64,000 bases of DNA. It comes from Desulfohalobiaceae bacterium S24 (GTDB lineage Bacteria > Desulfobacterota > Desulfovibrionia > Desulfovibrionales > Desulfothermaceae). Shown here one piece after another: positions 36,384 through 45,207 of the stretch. Where the stretch lies: the NCBI GenBank assembly GCA_011389765.1, contig JAABTT010000006.1, forward strand, positions 7,483 through 71,482, written 5' to 3'. Position numbers and translations under genes: made by a program. The first letter of the stretch is position 1. The number at the start of each line of letters is the position of its first letter. The notes beneath the pieces are model-generated. The model was given only the letters and a program-made list of their open reading frames with translations, was not told the origin of the DNA and made no database searches.

Positions 36384-37556
36384 ATGACAAGCTTGATACG
36401 CGAGGATGTTCAACAGCTCATCGCCATGAAAAATCAGGAAAATCCTGTGGTCAGTCTGTATTTGAATCTGAACAGGCCGCAGCAGAGAAATTCGGAACTC
36501 AACTCGCTTTTGCACTCGAGCATGCAGGAAATCTCCGCTGATGACCGCCTGAATGACGACCAAAAGAAATCTTTGCAGGCTTTAAGCCGGCAGATCCATG
36601 ACGCCCTGCATGACAAGATACGACTGCAGCCCGGAGGGGAAATGCTGGCCGTGTTCGCGGACACGTCCGGCCTCTGGAAAGAATTGCGGCTCCCCGCTTC
36701 CGTGGCCAACTCCCAGGTTCACATCGGCTTCTCCCCGTACACCCGGCCCTTGACCGCCCTGAAGAACGTCTTCACCCGCTACGGGGTCCTGATCGCTGAT
36801 TCACGTGAGGCCCGGGTGTTTACCATGTATCAGGGAGACAGAGAGGCCCGGCATGATGTCATGATCTCCGATGAGGTGCCGGACCAGGTCCGCGTGAAAG
36901 CCTCCATGACCTCAGGCGGACAGGTCATGGCCGGACTGGGCGATCAGAGGATTCAGCGGCACATCCAGGATCATGTGCAGCGCCACCTCAAAAACACGGC
37001 AGACCAGGCCTTCGCGATCTTCAAAAAAGCGGGCTTTGATCGACTGCTTCTGGCCAGTACGGACGAGCAGGTGCTCTCCAGTCTGTACCGGCACCTGCAT
37101 TCCTATCTCCAGCAACGCTGTATCACGGAATTCAAAGCCGAACCCCGTGAAGAGACCGAAGTCCTGCGCGAAAAGGCCTCAAACGCCATCCAGGCCTGGG
37201 AAAGCGCCCAGGCCATGCAGCGTGTCGATCAACTCATGGAAGAATACGAATCCGGCGGATTGGCCGTTCTCGGGGTCGAATCGGTCCTCCAGGCCATCAA
37301 CTTCGGCCAGGTGCACACCCTGGTCCTGGGAAACGACTTCCAGGAAAAAGGATTTGTCTGCGACCAGGATCGGACCTTCTCCAGTTCCAGGCAGACCTGC
37401 CCGATTTGCGGAGAGGCCATGCGACAGACAGACGATTTGGCCGAAGACATGATCGAGGCGGTCATCGTTCACAACGGCGAAGTGGAGCACGCCCCAGACG
37501 CCCACGAAGGATTCCGGCCCTATGGGGTCGGTGCATTCCTGCGGTTTCTCATGTAA
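36384..37556 (+). CDS. Bacterial aeRF1-like (baeRF/eRF1-fold) release-factor-family protein retaining a GGQ motif
   Basis: 390-aa ORF. Architecture and C-terminus (VHTLVLGNDF...CPICGE...VEHAPD...GVGAFLRF) resemble aeRF1/host-attachment-type proteins. SGGQ at residues 177-180 (GGQ codons at nt 36915-36923). Confidence 0.65.
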   Translation: MTSLIREDVQQLIAMKNQENPVVSLYLNLNRPQQRNSELNSLLHSSMQEISADDRLNDDQKKSLQALSRQIHDALHDKIRLQPGGEMLAVFADTSGLWKELRLPASVANSQVHIGFSPYTRPLTALKNVFTRYGVLIADSREARVFTMYQGDREARHDVMISDEVPDQVRVKASMTSGGQVMAGLGDQRIQRHIQDHVQRHLKNTADQAFAIFKKAGFDRLLLASTDEQVLSSLYRHLHSYLQQRCITEFKAEPREETEVLREKASNAIQAWESAQAMQRVDQLMEEYESGGLAVLGVESVLQAINFGQVHTLVLGNDFQEKGFVCDQDRTFSSSRQTCPICGEAMRQTDDLAEDMIEAVIVHNGEVEHAPDAHEGFRPYGVGAFLRFLM

Positions 37557-37662
37557 TGCGGACTTCGTCCGCAACCCAATACAGAAGAAAGAGCACTTGG
37601 GAAATTCTGGGGTAAGGCACTTCGGGAAATCCGGGGAAGTCAAAGCAATAGACTGTGCTGTT

Positions 37663-38043
37663 TCAACTGGAAGGTTTCGGTTGACATTCAGGACAGAAAT
37701 AGGCCGATCGTCCGGATATGGAGAGGCGGGAAACCGCCCCCCCACACATCGGGCATCGGTCTTTTTCCGATCGATGCGGAATCAGGAAGTTTTTCGGGAG
37801 ACGCTCCGGATCGGCCCCAGAGTCCACTGCAGTCCGAAGAACCGTCTGCATGGTTTCATAGACGGTTCCCAACTGCTCCCGGCTCAGATCATTGATCCGG
37901 ACCGAATGCAAAACAGACCTGTGCATCCCCGGGTTTCTCTGCATCCGAGGCGGCATAGACCAGGTAGCCGGTCATGCCGAAATGGAGCACAAGCCATCCC
38001 AGATTTCCGTTGATTTCGGCAAAGCAGTATTTGTTGTTATGTC
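37663..38043 (-). pseudogene. Formamidopyrimidine/Nei-type DNA glycosylase remnant (N-terminus missing, frameshifted)
   Basis: The 97-aa ORF ends with the Fpg Zn finger CPMCGGAVSRLSISGRSAYFCPECQ. An upstream frame (to about 38043) reads ...NGNLGWLVLHFGMTGYLVY..., the HxGMxG region. The catalytic PELPEVE N-terminus is absent. Confidence 0.65.
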
Positions 38044-38148
38044 TTATTTTCCAAGACTTTCTTATGTTTTGAATTTTGAATTTTTGTCATTTAAAATTTG
38101 TTTTGGATTTCGTGCTTTGAATTTTGATATTTAATATACACAAGCGGG

Positions 38149-38817
38149 CTATCCATCCGCCTGCTGCAGAAGCTTGACCACTTCATCGTCCGTGGTCTGG
38201 GAAAAATTCTGGTACCACTCCCCCACTGCCCGGAAGTTCGACGGTGATTGGAGACAGACCACCTTGTCCGCCTCCTCGTTGAGGGATCGGCAGATATCTT
38301 CGCTGCCCACCGGAACCGCTACAATAATCTCAAAAGGATCATGTTCCTGCAGGGTCCTGAGGGCCACCAGCATGCTGGCCCCGGTGGCCAGACCGTCATC
38401 CACAAGCAGCACAGTCTCCCCCCGGATATCCGGAAACGGCCGGTTATTCCGGTAACGGACTTCTCGGCGCTCAAGCTCTGTTTTTTCCTTATGCAAGACC
38501 GAATCAATATCCTCCTGACTCAAACCCCACCGCCGGATCAAGTCATCATTCAAAACAATCCCCCCGCCGCTGGCTATGGCCCCCATGGCCACCTCTTCCT
38601 GGCCGGGAAGTCCCAGTTTCCGGACCAGAAAGACATCAAGCTTCGCCCCGAGCAGCGCGGCCACCTCATAGGCCACCGGAACCCCGCCTCTGGGCAGGCC
38701 CAGGACCAGAGGCGTTCTTTTCAGAACATTATCGGCCAGAATTTGCCCCAGCTTCCGGCCGGCGTCACGACGGTCGTGAAAACGGTGCGCCGTTTGCGAA
38801 CGCTCAGTATGAAACAT
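38149..38817 (-). CDS. Phosphoribosyltransferase-family protein
   Basis: 222-aa ORF with the PRPP-binding motif VLLVDDGLATGASM. Confidence 0.8.
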   Translation of the reverse strand: MFHTERSQTAHRFHDRRDAGRKLGQILADNVLKRTPLVLGLPRGGVPVAYEVAALLGAKLDVFLVRKLGLPGQEEVAMGAIASGGGIVLNDDLIRRWGLSQEDIDSVLHKEKTELERREVRYRNNRPFPDIRGETVLLVDDGLATGASMLVALRTLQEHDPFEIIVAVPVGSEDICRSLNEEADKVVCLQSPSNFRAVGEWYQNFSQTTDDEVVKLLQQADG

Positions 38818-38854
38818 CGCTCATTCCTCTCATCCCTTGGTTTGTGCTTGGACT

Positions 38855-39948
38855 TTAAACCAGAACATGCCGGATGACATCATAGCCAAAAGAGGGATAG
38901 GACCAAACCGTATCGATCAGATCCTTCCTGGAAATCCCTTTTTGAATGGCCAGTGCAAAGATATTGATCACCTCATCCGCGCCATTCCCCAGAATATGGG
39001 CGCCGAGAATACGGCCGGTTCTCTTTTCCCACAAAAGTTTAACCGCCGCCGGATTTTCACCGATCCGTTGATAGGAGGCCCACTTGGAGGCATCCACGAA
39101 GCGCTGTTCGTAATCGATCCCCTGCTCCCGGCATTCCCGCTCCAAAAGACCGGTCCTGGCCATCATGGGATGGGTGAACAAGACGCTGGGGATTCCGGAA
39201 TAATCCACTTTCCGGGGCGTGCCCCCGGCGATGTTTCGGGCGACGAGTTCGGCTTCCATCAGGGCAACCGGGGTCAATTGCGGTCCCTGGGTCACCACGT
39301 CGCCGGCCGCAAACACCTTGGGATTGTCCCGGCTGCGGAGATAGGAATCGACAGGGATCCCGTGGCCGGAGGCTTGGATACCGGCCGCTTCCAGCCCGAG
39401 TTCCTCCAGGGCCGGAATCCTTCCGGCGCCGTGAAGCATCAGGTCCGCCTCTCGATTGACGCGTCCTTCGCCCGCGATCAGGCGAAGCCTCCCTTCGGTT
39501 TTTTCAATACGCTGGGGCGGCGCCTGGAAATAAATGCCGATCCCCAAATGCCGGGAATGATCGACCAGTTGATCCACCAAATCCGGATCGAAATATTTGA
39601 GGCATCGATCGCTGCGGATCACGAGTTCCACTTCGACCCCGAGCCTGACCGCCAAATGTGCAAACTCAAACCCGATATAGCCCCCACCGATTATCAGCAT
39701 GGAAGACGGCAGGGCTTGAAGATCAAAAAACTGATAATTGGTCAGCATGCAAGGCAAGGTCCATGTCTTTACTGATATAGAGCAGCATTTTGCGACCATC
39801 GTCCTCCACCGCCACATTTTTTTCGGGATCCAGGCCGATGTCCAGGGCCACCTCCTGCCAGTGCCGCTGGTTTTCGTCGATAAGTTACTGGACTTCTTAC
39901 ATGTTTTTCTCTGTCCGCACAAAATGCGTCACCTGCACCCAGCTCATG
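38855..39948 (-). pseudogene. Pyridine nucleotide-disulfide (glutathione-reductase-like) FAD oxidoreductase lacking its N-terminal FAD/redox-Cys part
   Basis: Good homology-type sequence runs from ...FFDLQALPSSMLIIGGGYIGFEFA (NAD fold) to the dimerisation end (...YPSFGYDV). The upstream frame MSWVQVTHFVRTEKNM*EVQ*LIDENQRHW... carries two in-frame TAA plus a frameshift. No GxGxxG/CxxxxC region is present. Confidence 0.55.
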
Positions 39949-40150
39949 TTTCACTCCTTTGTATTTTTCATGATCTCAGGAGGCAGCCTTTTCCAGCTCC
40001 TCACGCACAACCCCCTTGAACAGTGGCAACTTGTAGGCGTTCTGGCTCAAGGGCCGGGCCGGGCCGGCGTTGATGTAGACATCGGTGAGTTCGGTCCGCA
40101 CATTGGGACAGCGATACATATCCTTGGCCAGCCAGTCCAAGAGTGAAGTC

Positions 40151-40434
40151 CCCCCGGCCGCAGCCTTCTTTGGCTCCGGTCAGGCCGAGCTTTTCCCGCA
40201 GCACGAAGAGCAGGGTCCAGCGGGTCTCCACCAGAAGACGATAGCCGCTTCCGTTCACCTGCAGCTCAATGGGGATTTTTCCCCGGCAGGAACGGCCTTT
40301 CCGCCGTGTACAGTCGAGGCAGCCCGGGCCAGATGCTGATCCAGACAGACAGACATAGTTCCGACTCCCATGGTTTTCAAAAATCCCCTGCGGTTGATCC
40401 GGCTCCAGGGAGGGTTTTTTTCCTGTCGGTTCAC
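40151..40434 (-). pseudogene. Remnant of a Tat-exported [2Fe-2S] subunit of a PaoA/CoxS-type molybdo-oxidoreductase
   Basis: The frame from GTG 40434 gives ...SRINRRGFLKTMGVG... (twin-arginine signal). After a -1 shift in a G4A5C4 run it reads IPIELQVNGSGYRLLVETRWTLLFVLREKLGLTGAKEGCGRG, then homology stops before the CGACTV cluster motif. Confidence 0.55.
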
Positions 40435-40526
40435 TGAACTATCCTCCTGTGTCTTCAATATATTATTCCCCATTCGATGTTCGACGTTCATTCTTCCTCC
40501 CCTTTCCCCTCTGTCCTTTGCCGTGA

Positions 40527-41540
40527 TCATTCGAACCCGACCCCGGCCGGAACCTCCCGGCACTGGGAACAGCGACCATCTTTTAAGTTGCGGAGAATGC
40601 CCGAACCTCTGGACCGGTCGATGAGTTTTTGGCCGCAGCCGTGACAGTAGGTGTGCTTGTAGTCCCCGTCGGGAATATTGCCGCAATAGACATAGTGGAG
40701 CCCGGTCTCCAGGCCGATTTCTCTGGCCCGGATCAAGGTCCGGGCCGGAGTGGGCGGACGATCGGTTTTCCGATAGCTGGGGTGGAACGCCGAGATGTGC
40801 CAGGGGATTTCCGGACCGACAGACACAATGAACTCGGCGATTTCTCTGAGTTCCCCGGGATCGTCGTTCTCTCCGGGAATGATGAGCGTGGTCAGCTCCA
40901 GCCAGATACCGGCCTTTTTCATGCCCTGGATCGATTGCAGGACGGGTTTGAGCCGGGCGGCACATTCCCGGACGTAGAAATCGTCGCGAAAGGACTTGAG
41001 GTCCACATTGGCTGCATCCAGAAAGGGTGCAGCAGAGCGCAGCGCTTTCGGAGTCATGAACCCGTTGCTTACAAAAACCTGTTTCAGGCCGGAAGCCTGC
41101 CCTTTCTCGGCCACGTCCAGAGCGTATTCCATGAAGATCGTGGGTTCGGTATAAGTGGCGGCGATACTCGCCGCCCCGCTGTCCAGGGCTTCACTGACAA
41201 TGCTTTCCGGCGTGATATCCTTGATGCGGATATTCTGCCCGTGTTTCGGGGCGTGGGCAATGTCCGCATTCTGGCAGAACAGGCAATGGAAATTGCAGCC
41301 CATGGTCCCGTAAGAGTAGCTGAGGCTTCCGGGAAAAAAATGATACAGGGGCTTCTTTTCGATGGGATCAAGGTGCCGGGCCACCGGCCGTCCGTAGACA
41401 AGACTCCGGAGGGTGCCGTTTCTGTTTTCTCTGACCCCGCAGCGGCCGAGTTCTCCCGGAGCGATATGACAGGTATGGGCGCAGAGAAAACAACGGACAG
41501 TATCGTCATCGTGCTTGAAGTAAAATGACGCCTCATGCAT
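40527..41540 (-). CDS. Radical SAM enzyme of the AmmeMemoRadiSam/PflA-like type
   Basis: Motifs: CFLCAHTCHIAPGELGRCGVREN, radical-SAM GCNFHCLFCQN, and C-terminal CHGCGQKLIDR. Start ATG 41540 or 41564. Confidence 0.75.
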   Translation of the reverse strand: MHEASFYFKHDDDTVRCFLCAHTCHIAPGELGRCGVRENRNGTLRSLVYGRPVARHLDPIEKKPLYHFFPGSLSYSYGTMGCNFHCLFCQNADIAHAPKHGQNIRIKDITPESIVSEALDSGAASIAATYTEPTIFMEYALDVAEKGQASGLKQVFVSNGFMTPKALRSAAPFLDAANVDLKSFRDDFYVRECAARLKPVLQSIQGMKKAGIWLELTTLIIPGENDDPGELREIAEFIVSVGPEIPWHISAFHPSYRKTDRPPTPARTLIRAREIGLETGLHYVYCGNIPDGDYKHTYCHGCGQKLIDRSRGSGILRNLKDGRCSQCREVPAGVGFE

Positions 41541-41707
41541 GATAATCCTCCCAAGGGTGTGCACAACAAAAAAAACTGGAAATCAGCATACACTATCCAC
41601 TCCTGTGGGCAAGATGAAAAATGGGGGATTTCTTCTCCGGTCCATCTGATCAATCCCCAAAAATGAAAGCCGGCGGGCGTCTGCCCGCCGGCTTTCATTT
41701 TTGAAGA

Positions 41708-42562
41708 TCAGGCATAGCTCTCCATGATCTCAGCGACCACCTCCATCTCCCGCTTCTGGTGCATGAGAGGACCGCTGGACAAGGCAGGGAAATGATCCGC
41801 AAAGGGGGTGGCGGCCTCGTTCTTATAGATGACCCCGGTGGGAATGGAATCGCCCCACTCCATACTCTTGGACATGGCCCGCTCCCAGTCTGTGGGATCG
41901 TAGGAATCATCCAGGCTCGCACAGCGTTTCTTGTACCACTGCAGCGTATTGACGTGGTTGAAGGACACACAGGGCTGGAGGATGTCCACCAGGGCGAAGC
42001 CTGGAAAATTCATGGCCTCCTGAATCAGGGACACCAGTTGTTCCTGCATGCCGGTGAACCCTCTGGCCACAAAAGCGGCCTTCATGGCCACGGCAATGGC
42101 CAGGGGGTGGAAGGGTTCGCGCTTCACCCCTCCGGGTTGGGCCTTGGTCCGGTGATTAAGACCGGTGGTGGGGCTGGCCTGGCCTTTGGTCAATCCGTAA
42201 ATCTGATTGTCGTGCACCAATAAGGTGATGTTCACATTGCGCCGCAGGGCCGCCAGAAAATGATTGCCCCCTTCCCCGTAGTTGCAGCCGTCTCCGCTCT
42301 CGGCAATCACCCGCAATTCCGGGTTGGCCAGATGCGCGCCGGTGGCCACAGGGAGGCTTCGGCCGTGCAGGCCGTTGAACAGGTTGCATTTCAAATAATG
42401 CGGGGCCTTGGCCGCCTGCCCGATGCCGGAGACGAAAAGGACTTCGTGAGGAGCGATATCCTTGCCGGCGAGGGCTTCTTTCACACACTTCAAGATGCTG
42501 AAATTTCCGCAGCCCGGACACCAGGCCGGTTCAAACTGTCCGAAATCTTCACTGGATACCAT
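41708..42562 (-). CDS. 2-oxoacid:ferredoxin oxidoreductase, beta (TPP-binding) subunit
   Basis: 284-aa ORF with WCPGCGNFSIL and GIGQA...GDG..YGEGGNH motifs. Confidence 0.88.
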   Translation of the reverse strand: MVSSEDFGQFEPAWCPGCGNFSILKCVKEALAGKDIAPHEVLFVSGIGQAAKAPHYLKCNLFNGLHGRSLPVATGAHLANPELRVIAESGDGCNYGEGGNHFLAALRRNVNITLLVHDNQIYGLTKGQASPTTGLNHRTKAQPGGVKREPFHPLAIAVAMKAAFVARGFTGMQEQLVSLIQEAMNFPGFALVDILQPCVSFNHVNTLQWYKKRCASLDDSYDPTDWERAMSKSMEWGDSIPTGVIYKNEAATPFADHFPALSSGPLMHQKREMEVVAEIMESYA

Positions 42563-42620
42563 GCTTCAAACCTCGCTAGAATTTAAAGGAAGCGGCTGTT
42601 TACAACACAAAGCCGCCTCC

Positions 42621-44330
42621 TCATGCAAGCCCTGAGTCTTCGAGCTTTTTCAGGATAAAATCCGTCGTCAGGGGATGGCCGTCGTAACGAAGCACCTGCT
42701 GCGAAATTTCGAACCCGGTTTCCCGCCGCAGCAGTCCGGCGAACTGTCCCGTGGCGTTGCTTTCTACTGAAATCACGGATCCGGCTCGTTGCAGGCACTC
42801 GAGAAATTGTTCCGGGACCAGGGGCCAGACCTGGGAAAAATGCAGGGTCGCAACCTGACGCGACTCGGAATGCAGCATACCGGCCGTTTCCTGCACGACA
42901 CCCTGACTCGAACCCCAGGAGACCAGCAGCAGATCCGGTTCATCCGGCCCCTGGTAGCTCGGGGCAATAACTTCGCTGCGAAGGCCTTCCATCTTTTTCA
43001 AACGCTTCTCGACCATCTGGGTCCGGACCCTCCGGTCTTCGGTGATATGGCCCTCCGGGGTATGTTCATCGCTGTCCGCAACGACCAGATCTTGTCCGGC
43101 GCCGGGAATGAGCCGGGGTGAGATCCCGTCCTCGGTCAGGGCAAAACGCTCGTAGCCCTCCTGCCCCTGTTCGGTACTGCCGGGCTGCACCGGGTCCTGC
43201 AGCGCCTCGATATCGAATCGGGGTACGGAGCGGATGGAATCCACCAGATACTGATCCACCAGAAGTATGACCGGACTCTGGTATCGCTCCGCAAGGCGCA
43301 GGGCCTGTCCGCTCAGAGAAAAACACTCTTCATGGTTCCCGGGGGCGATGATGGCCCGGGGAAACTCGCCGTGCCCGCTGTGCAGGGCCAACTCCAGATC
43401 GCCCTGTTCGGTCCGGGTGGGCAGTCCGGTGGCCGGACCGGGACGCTGGGCCAGGACAATGAGCAGCGGGGTTTCGGTCATGCCGGCCAGGCTGACACCT
43501 TCCCCCATGAGGGCAAATCCCCCGCCGGAGGTGGGCACCAGGCTTTTGGCCCCGCAGAATGTGGCCCCGATCGCCATATTGACCGCCGCGATCTCGTCTT
43601 CGGCCTGCTCCACGACCACTCCGGCGGATTCCGCATGGCCCACCAGATTGATGGCTATGCTCGTGGCCGGGGACATGGGATAGAAGGAGCAAAAATTCAC
43701 GCCGGCGGCCAGGGCCCCGAGGGCGACGGCCTGGCTTCCGCTCACAGTCAGCCGGTCTTTCTGTTCTGACGTTCCCAGAGACTGGAAATCGGGTGACTGG
43801 GACTGAAGCCACTCCCGGCCTTTTTGCAGGGCCTGGAGGTTATTTTCCAGGAGCTCCTCATGCCGGGACCCCAGGGTGTCGCGAACCACCGAGTCAATCA
43901 CCTCGGTGTCCAGTTTCAGCAGATCGGCCAGGACGCCCAGGGCCAGGACGTTGTACACGATTTTTTCCTCCACCAACTGACTGAAAGGGATCTGCAGGGA
44001 ACGCTCCATTCCCTGCGTGTCCATATCTTCACCCAGCAGAACAAGGCCCCGCTCCCCGACCCGGTCCTGATGGATCTCCACGGTCTCCTGGGTAAAGGCG
44101 GCCAGAAGGTCCACCTGGCCCCCGGGGGCCAGGGGTTGTTCAGTCCCGAAATAGACGGAGAAATAGTTATGGCCGCCTCGAATCCTGGACATGGCGCTCT
44201 GGGTGGTGAGGACGCCGTACCCAGATCGGGTCAGCGCTTTGGCCAGCATCTGGCCCACGGTTTCAAGCCCTTGTCCGGCTTCGCCGCCGATGCGAACCTG
44301 GAGCCGATTCTGCGGTTTATCACTGCCCAT
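42621..44330 (-). CDS. 2-oxoacid:ferredoxin oxidoreductase, alpha subunit with fused gamma domain
   Basis: 569-aa ORF. N-terminal gamma-like RIGGEAGQGLETVGQMLAKAL, followed by the alpha/pyrimidine-binding region (YPMSPATSI). Confidence 0.85.
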   Translation of the reverse strand: MGSDKPQNRLQVRIGGEAGQGLETVGQMLAKALTRSGYGVLTTQSAMSRIRGGHNYFSVYFGTEQPLAPGGQVDLLAAFTQETVEIHQDRVGERGLVLLGEDMDTQGMERSLQIPFSQLVEEKIVYNVLALGVLADLLKLDTEVIDSVVRDTLGSRHEELLENNLQALQKGREWLQSQSPDFQSLGTSEQKDRLTVSGSQAVALGALAAGVNFCSFYPMSPATSIAINLVGHAESAGVVVEQAEDEIAAVNMAIGATFCGAKSLVPTSGGGFALMGEGVSLAGMTETPLLIVLAQRPGPATGLPTRTEQGDLELALHSGHGEFPRAIIAPGNHEECFSLSGQALRLAERYQSPVILLVDQYLVDSIRSVPRFDIEALQDPVQPGSTEQGQEGYERFALTEDGISPRLIPGAGQDLVVADSDEHTPEGHITEDRRVRTQMVEKRLKKMEGLRSEVIAPSYQGPDEPDLLLVSWGSSQGVVQETAGMLHSESRQVATLHFSQVWPLVPEQFLECLQRAGSVISVESNATGQFAGLLRRETGFEISQQVLRYDGHPLTTDFILKKLEDSGLA

Positions 44331-44397
44331 ATCTTCTCCCTATCCGGTTTTCGGTAGTATCCCGCGATACTTTGAAAATGAAAGAAAGCAGATGATT

Positions 44398-44545
44398 GCC
44401 CACGGATCACACGGATTAACACGGATAGGTTTTTTCTTTTGAAGGTATCGCCGGAGGCGATGACTCCTTTTGCTGCTGGGTCTTATTCCAGCAGCAAAAA
44501 AAGTATGTTCTTCATTATCCGTGTCAATCCGTGTGATCCGTGGGC
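44398..44545. repeat. Large palindromic element: 30-nt inverted arms enclosing two internal hairpins
   Basis: GCCCACGGATCACACGGATTAACACGGATA (44398-44427) pairs with TATCCGTGTCAATCCGTGTGATCCGTGGGC (44516-44545). Internal hairpins: ATCGCCGGAGGCGAT and TTTTGCTGCTGG...CCAGCAGCAAAA. Confidence 0.8.
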
Positions 44546-44592
44546 TAAACTCTTCATTTCATATGCTTGATTCTGTGCCTACGGCTCGAGTC

Positions 44593-45036
44593 TCACTCTT
44601 TGAAATAGAGTTCTTCGAATTCATGGATGAGACCGTGCAGCTCATCAACGTGCTGCTGCTCGGTCGTCTGTTTGCATTTCATGGCCGAGACCAGCATCTG
44701 ATGCAGAGAACGGAGTTTCTGATCGTAGTCTGCATCCCCGGCCTTTATCCGCTGAGTCAGCCAATACTGGCTGACGATTTCCTGAAACTTATTGGCATGG
44801 TCTTCCTTGTTCATCACCCAGCGCACCAGCTGATTGTAATTGACCGGATCCTCCGCCTGCAGTTCCTTGATCATGCGCATGCTCTTGCCGATGGTTATCA
44901 GATGCTCGTTCATCATTTTGATGCGCATCTCGTCCCCGTAAATGCCGCAGGGAATCTCGCAATGGGCCTGGGCCGCGGAGCCAAAGGCAAAAAACAGCAG
45001 GGCCGTGAACAGGCCGGCTCGAGACAGGATTTTCAT
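44593..45036 (-). CDS. sodN: Nickel superoxide dismutase precursor with Sec-type signal peptide
   Basis: MKILSRAGLFTALLFFAFGSAAQA | HCEIPCGIYGDE... The Ni-hook motif HCxxPCGxY follows directly after an AxA cleavage site. The rest is a four-helix-bundle-sized protein (147 aa). Confidence 0.85.
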   Translation of the reverse strand: MKILSRAGLFTALLFFAFGSAAQAHCEIPCGIYGDEMRIKMMNEHLITIGKSMRMIKELQAEDPVNYNQLVRWVMNKEDHANKFQEIVSQYWLTQRIKAGDADYDQKLRSLHQMLVSAMKCKQTTEQQHVDELHGLIHEFEELYFKE

Positions 45037-45139
45037 GGGAAGATCTCCTTTGTTGAAAATTTGAGGATTGTGCCCACAGCAGACCTCCGGGTCTGTGTAC
45101 GGATTTCAGAATGGCCTGAAAACTGAAAAGGATAGGAAC

Positions 45140-45188
45140 TTTTAATTTCAACGACGGAATCCTGAAAAAAGTAAGCTGGAGCAGTATA
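45140..45188. mobile_element. MITE family A, partial/degenerate copy (reverse orientation)
   Basis: TTCAACGACGGAATCCTGAAAAAAGTAAGCTGGAGCAGTATA matches the reverse complement of the left half of 58330-58421. I did not find the other end. Confidence 0.55.
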
Positions 45189-45207
45189 ACTGATTCGTAA
45201 AAGCAGC

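Noticed and set aside
38044-38148. AT-rich stretch with three TTGAATTTTGA-like repeats between the PRTase stop and the fpg remnant
   Set aside because: It could be the scar of the event that removed the fpg N-terminus. It has no clear ends or second copy in the window, so I cannot assign it to a repeat family.
40255-40965. 236-aa reverse ORF spanning the radical SAM 3' end and the Fe-S remnant
   Set aside because: Most of it is an alternative frame of the radical SAM gene. Only its last roughly 40 residues (the Tat signal) are meaningful, and these are reported as part of the PaoA-like remnant.
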